Origin: Welwitschia mirabilis
Lineage: Eukaryota
Length of the DNA stretch: 49,608 nt
Assembly: GCA_051453625.1 (NCBI GenBank)
Contig: JBOZIK010000001.1
Span: 45,027,504 to 45,077,111 of the forward strand
Direction: 5' to 3'
In this document: in pieces, positions 40,997 to 49,608 of the stretch
Position numbering within the stretch: the stretch's first letter is position 1
Layout of the letters: each line of letters starts with the position of its first letter
Notes under the pieces: model-generated
Database searches by the model: none
Told to the model about the DNA's origin: nothing
The model's input: only the letters and a program-made list of their open reading frames with translations
Translations under genes and position numbers: made by a program

Positions 40997-42107
40997 TGTA
41001 GCCAGCTCTTCTAAGACAGGTTCAAAGGAAGATGCTTCAAGGAAACCTTCCTACTTCTACCAGTGAATGTTTGAAGAAGCNNNNNNNNNNNNNNNNNNNN
41101 NNNNNNNNNNNNNNNNNNNNNNNNNNNNNNNNNNNNNNNNNNNNNNNNNNNNNNNNNNNNNNNNNNNNNNNNNNNNNNNNGAAGCCATTGACAAGTTATC
41201 TAAAAAGTTTGACAAGAAAGTTATGTTCCATGAGTTGTCAGTAGCTACATCTAATCTTAGAGAACTAAGAGATGTCATTCAACTCTTGAGGTATCAAGAT
41301 CTAGACCATTTCTTGGATGTTTCAGGTCCTACATATCCTTTTCTTTCTAGAATGTTTTATTATAGTACTTCTTTTAATCATGATACCAGGACTCTAGAAA
41401 CCCTAGTTTTGGGTAGAAGGATCAGAGTGATAGCAAGCTTCATTTCAGAGTTAATCGATCTTACATGGGAAGACTATGAGGAGTTTTGGCCTCTAGGAGA
41501 CACCATGGAAGACAAGCCAACAGTCATAAAGGAGATTTACGGTAAAGTGTATACTTGGAAACAAACCATATTTACTTCTTTATTGACTCCCAAATATCAC
41601 TTTATTCATTTGATATTTACTTATAATTTTCTTTCTTTAGCTGATCATCATGATGAGGCCTCCAGCTATAGGGCATATTTGATGTATTTGGTAGGAACTG
41701 AGTACTCTATTGATGCTCCTGCCATAATATTGAAAAATATGGCTTCATAGTTAGAGTACCATAAAACTAGGGTTCTACCCTACTTTGTGCTTATCACTAA
41801 AATTTGTTACCATTTTTCTGTTAATCTGCATCCTTTTTTAGAGACACTTCAATCCTTGTCACCCATTGGGTGTGTGACTTTATCTTGCATGTATATCTTT
41901 GCTCCTTCGAAGAAATCCCCTTCTGAAACCNNNNNNNNNNCATCTCTAGATAAGACTCTTTCATGTTTGAAACAGATTAACTCTCATACTAGGCATATGA
42001 AATAAGCATTCATAATAGCCAGATATGACATTGCGGATATCTCAGCTGAAGGTACTATCTCTACTCGTACTGGTGGATATGAAGAAGATTCAGAGGAGAA
42101 AACTGAA

Positions 42108-42142
<35 letters not shown>

Positions 42143-42158
42143 GGAAGAATCAGATTAA
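40997..42158 (+). pseudogene. Sirevirus env-like ORF, copy 2 (plant transposon protein family, acidic tail)
   Basis: TYPFLSRMFY, LETLVLGRRIRV, IHLIFTYNFL, LPYFVLITKI, ending in poly-Glu then SD*. Lies upstream of the PPTs. Confidence 0.8.
42104..42149 (+). repeat. (GAA/GAG)n repeat encoding poly-Glu
   Basis: Direct reading of the sequence. Confidence 0.9.
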
Positions 42159-42209
42159 ATCCTTCTTATCTTTTAGATCATAGTTGTGTTATTCTCTCTT
42201 TCGTTTTTA

Positions 42210-43007
42210 TTGTCAAAAAGAGAGATTTGTACCTATTAATAAAAATTTTGTTTAGATGTATGATCTTGATGAGCATTTTTTTCTTTTTTTTTAGTTTGAA
42301 AATTTGTAATGGTTTATTTTATTAATAAAATCTAGTCTTTTGTTTAAGCATAATTCTTGCATCATTTTGATATTTTTAAGCTTAGCATGTTTGAAAAAGA
42401 TTTAAAATTATTATCTTAATTGAAAATGAGTTAAAATTTTTATGAAAATCCAATTATGGAGTGTTCTTCTGATTATATTTTGCATTATCATTTGGTATTG
42501 TATTGTGTTCTCAAAGGATATCATTTAAATATGTAATTTATAAGTGTTCTGTTTATCATTTTTGGTAAAATTGTGTTTTCTAAAATTTATTCTTATTTAA
42601 AACTTATCTCATTTAAAAGCACTAAAAAAATTTTTTTATCTTCAAAATGCCTAAATATGTTTTAAAATTTTAGCTTATCATTATTTATCATTTGGTATTA
42701 ACATAGGGGAAGAGAATATGATTGATAGTTATGGCTGTTTGTTTAAATTTTATATTTATTTATCATTGATTATAAAGGAGGAAAGATAATGGTAGTGTGC
42801 TATAAAAAGTATTTCTTAAGATATTGAAATATTGAGCTTTCAAATGTTTATGTATTTTACTCCTTGCTTAAATGTATATTTGTTTTGATGTAAGGGGGAA
42901 TTTTGATTTTTAAATGTATGCCTAAAAGTGTTTAGTGAATGAGCCTAAATTGTTTTAAATTTTTTGAAATCACTTAATTGTTTGCCATCAATGTCAAAGA
43001 GGGAGAT
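42210..43007 (+). promoter_or_regulatory. Sirevirus multiple-PPT region; terminal PPT at 42996-43007
   Basis: Purine tracts at ~42215, 42705, 42775 and 42893, then aaagagggagat|TG. Confidence 0.7.
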
Positions 43008-44499
43008 TGTTAGATTATATTTATCAATTGATGTCAAACTAATTTCTCTTATGTAGTGTAAATTGTTACATATTGTATGCATATGAGATTGAGTTATGCA
43101 GGTAAAAGATTTAGACCAAAATGCACTAGAGAAACTGCTCAGTTATATTTACTTCAGTGGGATTAACTGGATTCTAAAGTGATCAACTATACCTAAAGCA
43201 ATTGCAAAGAAATGAACTGAATCCAGAAGAGTCGATCGGATTATAAAGGGATCAACCGACCTGTGATCTCAAGAACTAATAGTCCTAGACTAAGAGGAAA
43301 GGAATCGACCGAATATTCATGGGGTCAATCAGATTTGAGGAACTGATAGTCAATAGTCCTAGACCGAGAGGAGAGGGGTCAACCAGATTTTCATGGAGTT
43401 GACCAGACTTGAGAAGCTGACAGTTCATAGTTCTAGACCGAGAGACAAGGGATCAACCAGACCAAAAATGGGATCGACCGAGTTCTCATGGGGTCGACCA
43501 AATGATGAGGAAAAGAAAAAGTTATAAACATTATGTATGCATTACCTAGCCTTTACCTAGCTATTTTTTAGTTATTTATAGCCACTAGAGACACAATTCA
43601 TTTGTAATAAACTATAGTAACCCTTCATTATAAATAGCTAGGCAAAAGATGACTTAGAGATCTTTTTTGGTACTATTTTAAATTGATATATTCATTGTAT
43701 ATTTCAAAGATCAAGTTGTATTATTATTGGCACATCATTATATCACTTCATATATGATTAAGGAAATCTATCTTTGGTGAAACGAACTACACTTAGAATT
43801 AGATCTAAGGGATTCATCATTGTATTCTATTAGAAAAGAGTCCCACTTACTCTACTGATACTGAATGTGTAATATCTAAGCTACCAAGGCTACATTGCAT
43901 CACATCTATTGATTCTAGAGTTTGAGACTTAGCCTACAAAATTATGTTGTTAAAAGTTAAAACTTAGCCTACAAAAGTCCAGTGTTAAGGTTGAGACTTA
44001 ACCTATAAAAGCCTACTTGTAAGGGTTACAAGTGAACCTAGAAAATCCTGTGGAGTAACAAAGATCCAAAATTAAGCTTAGAAGAAGTGGTTATCAAGAG
44101 TGAAATAGGGATTTCTCAAACCACTATAAATTTTGCATGCATCTNNNNNNNNNNNNNNNNNNNNNNNNNNNNNNNNNNNNNNNNNNNNNNNNNNNNNNNN
44201 NNNNNNNNNNNNNNNNNNNNNNNNNNNNNNNNNNNNNNNNNNNNGGAGTAACAAAGATCCAAAATTAATCTTGGAAGAAGCTGGTCATCAAGAGTGAAAT
44301 AGGGATTTCTCAAACCACTATAAATTTTGCATGCATCTAAATTGGTAGTTTATGGTTTTGTATCTTTTGATTCATTACATTTAGTTTCCTATTTTTTATA
44401 TGTTCATTCTTGATTTCATTATATGCAAGCAGTGATTAGATTACCTAAGTTTTTGAAAGAACCTATTCACCCCCCCTCCTAGGGTTCTTAATTCTATCA
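43008..44499 (+). repeat. Sirevirus right (3') LTR
   Basis: TG...CA termini; includes a gap with duplicated flanks; Z2 integrase resumes at 44500. Confidence 0.9.
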
Positions 44500-46788
44500 G
44501 TCTGAACTTTGCTTGGGCTTTATGAATTAATTGACGATCTATGACACTAGTTCTTTTTACATCAAGATAATCTAATTGGGCTAACCTATACTTAAGAATT
44601 TCATCAAAATCCACAAGATTGAGTTGATGAGATATATAATAAGAATTGTAATACATATCAACCAGTAAGACACAAACTTTACTGTTAACAAGTTTATAAG
44701 GTGAGAAATCAAAGAAGTACATAAAGTAGTATGGTAGGCCTAAAGTACATCATTAAGCTTAGAAGCCCAAGAATTTTTATAAACATAGACAAGTTTTTGA
44801 AGCATTTTTTTATTTTTCTATTAGCATTTTTAGCTTATCCATTCATCTGAGGATAATAATAATAAGCTACTCTATGTTTAATACCAATGGACAAAAGAAG
44901 TTTCTTAAAAAGTAAATTAATGAAATAAGTACCCTGATCACTAATGATAACTCTAGAAAAACCAAACCTCTAAAAGGTATGAGATCTAAGAGAATGATAG
45001 ATAGTTTAGGCATCATTCAAAGAAGTAGGTATGACTTCAACTCATTTAGTCACTTAATCAACAGCTACTAAAATATAATTTTTATTAAAAAAAGATGGAT
45101 GTATAAGACCCATGAAATTAATACCCCGACAATCAAAAGTCTCACACTTAAGAATAGGTTTAAGGAAAATTTCCTATGAACGAACAAGGCTACCAAAATG
45201 CTAATAAGAATTACACCTTTTAATAAAGTTAAATAAATCATGAAAAAAAAAAGGCTAGTAAAAATCAAAATGAAGGATTTTTATGGCAGTTTTATGTCTA
45301 CTAAAATGTCCTCCATAAACACCACCATGACAAAGATGAAGAATCTTAGGTATTTCCCAATTGGATACACATTTTCTCATAATCTGGTCTTTGCACCTAT
45401 GATATAAATGTGGCTCAATCCACTCATAGTCACCTATACAATGGAGAAAATATTTATGCTAGTGATACGTCTAATGTTGTGGTGTTTTCATGGTTATAAA
45501 ATAGTTAAAAATGTTGGCATATCATAGAGGAGGATGAAAAAAAGAAATAGCAAAAAGCTGCTTGTTAGGAAAGGAATCATTAATGAGAATACCATTTAGA
45601 GGAGAAGGAAGTTGAGATAAGTGATCTACAACAGAATTATGCTTCCCTGTTTTATTTATAATGATCAAATTGAATTCTTACATAAAAAGGATACATCTAA
45701 TCAAATGGGCTCTAGAGCATTTCTTGGTTATAAGGTAATAAATGGTAGCATGATCGGTATAAACATTTATGTAAAAGCCTAAAAAATAGTATCTAAGAGA
45801 ATCAAGACAAAAGATAATACCAAGTATTTCTTTTTCTGTAGTAGTGTAATTCATCTGAGCTCTAGATAATGTTTTACTATGATAAGATATAACTTTGAAG
45901 TTTTTCTCATATTTTTGACAAAGAACCCCACCCACAAAAAAATTACCAGCGCCATACATAAGCTCAAAGTCATCTTTCCAATTGGGTCTTGTTATTATAA
46001 GAGCATCGGAAAATCTCTATTTAAGCCTATCGAAAGTAGTTTAATAAGATTCATTCCATTCAAATTTGATATCTTTTTCTAGTAATGAGTGAAGGTGTTT
46101 ACAAATAGAAGCATAATTACTAATGAACTGATAATAAAAACAACAATGAATAAAGAAAGATCAGACTTGTTTAAAATTTGTAGGAGGACTAAGATTTTGA
46201 ATAATACTAAATTTAAAAGCACCCATCTTAATCCCCTCCCAAGATATGTGGTGACCTAAAAAAATGCCATTTGCTACAAGAAAATGACTCTTTTCCCAAC
46301 TCAAGTGGAGGGTACTAATAATGCATTGATTAAAGACTTTCTCTAAATGATCTAAGATCTACTCAAAATTTTTGACATAGATAGAGAGGTCATCCATGAA
46401 AATCTTAATGAAATCTTCAAGAATATCAGAAAAAATACCTATCATAGCATGCTAAAAGGTATCAAGAGCATTACAAATTCTAAAAGACATGCATCTAAAG
46501 GTAAAGGTATCAAAAAGAGAAGTGAAAGTAGTTTTAGATTGTTCCTCAAGGGCAATGCAAATTTGATTGTAACTACTATAACTATCAAGAAAATAATAAA
46601 ATCTCTCTAAATTCTATCAAAAATTTGATCAAGAAAAGGTAAAGGACAATGGTTTTTTTTGGTTACCTCATTTAGTTTTTAGAAGTCTATACAAATACAC
46701 CATTTTCCACCCTTTTTAGATACTATCGTCAAGGGGCTAACCCACTCACTATCAATAATGGAGTAAATGATTTCAGCATCTATAAGAA
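44500..46788 (-). pseudogene. Gypsy pol pseudogene of Z2: RT, RNase H, integrase
   Basis: SEWVSPL.IVSKKGGKW, FLDSYSSYNQI, IFMDDLSIY, AQMNYTTTEKEILGI, VYTDHA, ILHLCHGGVYGGHF, IISDQG, SPYKLV. Confidence 0.92.
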
Positions 46789-47177
46789 TGACAAAAGAGA
46801 TTAGACTAACTAAAGAATGATAAAAGACCATCGTCCACCCCATCATCTAGACGTCAGCGCAGACAACATCATCAACTGGTTAATAACATTTTACATGCAG
46901 TTCACAGGCAGTTAAACTGGAGTAGATAAGAACCTCTAACAATTAGTCAGTATCGTCTACTATATCATCTAGATGATCAGATGAATGATATTGTTTTCTC
47001 ATACTTTTATCGAATGTTCACCCAAGTTGTTTTCACTTTATTGTGACTTTTCTTTGCATGTTAGCTAAGGTTTTTCCTGTATCTTTCTATTAGTTTCCTT
47101 TCCTTTTTTTTATATAAATAAAGGGTCTCCTCCTCGATTCCTAATCATCTTTAACAGTACCCGATATACTCGTGACA
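46789..47177 (+). mobile_element. Putative short solo LTR (~390 bp) between protease and RT
   Basis: TG...cgtgaCA ends, TATA-like tatataaata at ~47111, non-coding. Flanks aagaa/aggtt do not match. Confidence 0.45.
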
Positions 47178-47179
47178 AG

Positions 47180-47897
47180 GTTGGTTTTATTTCTTCCTCC
47201 ACACTTAAATAATTGCCTAAATCTTTTTCAGCTGCATCAAACACTAGTATTAAAAATTATTTATTTTCAGAATGACACTTTATCAATTTGGTTCTTGTAT
47301 TTATGATTCAATGGGATGTCGTACATAAAGCTCTACCTAGAAGTAGGGGGTATTCACCATGATGCTTGACTTCTAAAATAACTACATCAATTGGGTAGAA
47401 AGCTTCCTCTATTTGAATAACCAAATTATTTATCACACCTAAAGGTTTCTTCACAGATGTATCGGCTAGCTCCAAGATAATGTATGTAGGTTCTACTCTT
47501 TCTTCTAACCTAAGACATTGACAGATGTGTAAGGGCATAATATTGACACTAGATCTTATGTCTATTAAGGCTTTCTTAATTCTATGGTTCCCCTCTAAAG
47601 TGATACTAATGATTGCTGCACCTAGATCTTTAAACTTTCGACACTTTTTGGAAACTGAGTTGCTAAGAGATTGAGCTAGGAAGACTTTACTAGGGATGGT
47701 TTATTTTTTTTCCTTCTTATTAAATCTTTCTATAGGTTAGAGTATTTGGAATTCTCTTGCAAAGTTTCCAAAAAGATAAGTTGATGCTCACATTTTGCAT
47801 TAAGGCTTTTAAATGATCATCAAAGATGGGGTTTGTGTTTAGCTTATCAAGCCATGAGGTAGCAGGTTTTTTTGTGAAGGGTCTTTCTTTTTGTTGC
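47180..47897 (-). pseudogene. Athila-type gag C-terminus and aspartic protease
   Basis: KFKDLGAAIISI, ALIDIRSSVNIMP, LELADTSVKKPLG, FYPIDVVIL, PLLLGR. Confidence 0.88.
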
Positions 47898-47997
47898 NNN
47901 NNNNNNNNNNNNNNNNNNNNNNNNNNNNNNNNNNNNNNNNNNNNNNNNNNNNNNNNNNNNNNNNNNNNNNNNNNNNNNNNNNNNNNNNNNNNNNNNN

Positions 47998-49608
47998 GAT
48001 GGAGAAAATATTTAAGTTGGTGAAAGGTCTAATGTTGTGGTGTTTTCATGGTTATAAGATAGTTCATAATGTTGACATACCATGGAGAAGGATGAAAAGA
48101 AGAAACAACAAAAAGGTACTCGTTAGGAAAGGAATCATCAATGAGAATGTCATCTAGAGGAGAAGGAAGTCGAGACAAATGATTGGCAATAGAATTGTGC
48201 TTCCCTGCTTTATCTATGATGGTCAAATTGAATTCTTAAATAAGAAGAATCCATCTAATTAAACAAGCACTAGAATCTTTCTTAGTCATAAGGTAATGAA
48301 TGACAGCATGGTCGATATAAACATCTGTATGAAAGCCTAAAAGATAGTGTCTAAGAGAATCAAGGAAAAAGATAATGGCAAGCATCTCTTTTTTTATAGT
48401 GGTATAATTATTCTGAGCTCTAGACAATGAGTTACTATTATAAGATATAACTTTAAAATCATTCTCATACTTTTGTCAAATAACCACACCCATGGGAAAG
48501 TTACTAGCATCACACATAAGCTTAAAGTCAAGTTCCCAATCGAGTCTCATTACTAAAGGAGCATAAGATAATTTACATTTAAGCCTATCAAAAGCAAGTT
48601 TATGAGATTCATTTCATTTGAATTTTTCATATTTCTCTAGTAATAAGTGAAGGGGTTTATAAATAGAAGCATAACCAAGAATAAAATGATGGTAAAAACC
48701 ATAATGACAAAAGAAATATCAGACCTGTTTAACATTTGTAGGGGAACTAAGATTTTGAATGATATTAACTTTAGAAACATCCATCTAAATCCTCTCCTAA
48801 GAAATATGGGGACCTAAAACAATGACACTCTCTATAAGAAAATAACTCTTTTCCCAACCCAAGTGGAGGCCACTATAAATGCATTGATCTAAAACTTTCT
48901 CTAAATGATCTAAAATTTGTTTAAAAGTTTTGGCATAGATAGAGAAGTTATCAATGAAAATCTCAATGGAATCCTCAAGCATATCAGAAAAGATACCCAT
49001 CATAGCNNNNNNNNNNNNNNNNNNNNNNNNNNNNNNNNNNNNNNNNNNNNNNNNNNNNNNNNNNNNNNNNNNNNNNNNNNNNNNNNNNNNNNNNNNNNNN
49101 NNNNNNGGTTTATAAATAGAAGCATAACCAAGAATAAAATGATGATAAAAACCATAATGACAAAAGAAATACCAGACCTATTTAACATTTGTAGGGGAAC
49201 TAAGATTTTGAATGATATCAACTTTAGAAACATCCATCTAAATCCTCTCCTAAGAAATATGGGGATCTAAAAGAATGACACTCTCTATAAGAAAATAACT
49301 CTTTTCCCAACCCAAGTGGAGGCCACTATAAATGCATTAATCTAAGACTTTCTCTAAATGATCTAAAATTTCTTTAAAAGTTTTGGCATAGATAGAGAAG
49401 TTATCAATGAAAATCTCAATGGAATCCTCAAGCATATCAGAAAAGATATCCATCATAGCATCTTAAAAAGTACCAGGAGCATTGCAAAGTCTAAAAGGCA
49501 TGTGTCTAAAAGGCAAAGATATCAAAGAGAGAAGTGAAAATAGTTTTACCTTGGTTCTCAGTGGTAATGCAAACCTAATTGTAACCGCTATAACCATCAA
49601 GAAAACAG
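47998..49608 (-). pseudogene. Second, diverged copy of Z-family RT-RNase H
   Basis: CFLDGYSGYNQ, MMGIFSDMLEDSIEIFIDNFSIY, AQNNYTTIKKEMLAI, IANHLSRL; paralogous to ~45440-46600. Confidence 0.9.

Larger units (their letters stand above)
36336..44499 (+). mobile_element. Sirevirus (Ty1/Copia SIRE lineage) element with gag, protease and env-like ORF but no visible INT/RT/RH
   Basis: LTR pair tgttagattat...ctatc/ta, Met-i PBS, Copia gag and protease, env-like ORF, multiple PPTs, and the tattcacccccct motif near the LTR 3' end. Confidence 0.88.
30166..47897 (-). mobile_element. Element Z2: Athila-type Gypsy with env-like ORF, interrupted by a Sirevirus and a solo LTR
   Basis: Minus-strand order is gag C-term/PR, RT, RH, INT, spacer, env-like ORF, PPT, LTR. 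Continuity across the N gaps is assumed. Confidence 0.65.

Overview
AT-rich, CpG-depleted eukaryotic DNA from a gapped draft assembly, almost certainly plant heterochromatin. I see no host gene, RNA gene or CRISPR array. Nearly the whole window is decayed, nested LTR retrotransposons. (1) 1-13910 holds two non-autonomous Athila-type elements, with B (2284-9136) inserted into its relative A. (2) ~14300-16030 is a weak Sirevirus-like fragment. (3) 16385-49608 is a nested chain: Athila element X, element Y in X's LTR, Z1 in Y's integrase, Z2 just upstream of Z1's PPT, and a + strand Sirevirus (Copia) in Z2's integrase. The two most unusual objects are element Y and the Sirevirus. Y's ~6.2 kb region after integrase carries several decayed accessory ORFs, including an antisense ORF and a ~900-codon env-like/coiled-coil/possible zinc-knuckle ORF. 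The Sirevirus has gag, protease and env-like ORFs but no visible INT/RT/RH. All translations through stops and frameshifts were done by eye, boundaries are approximate, and no database search was run.
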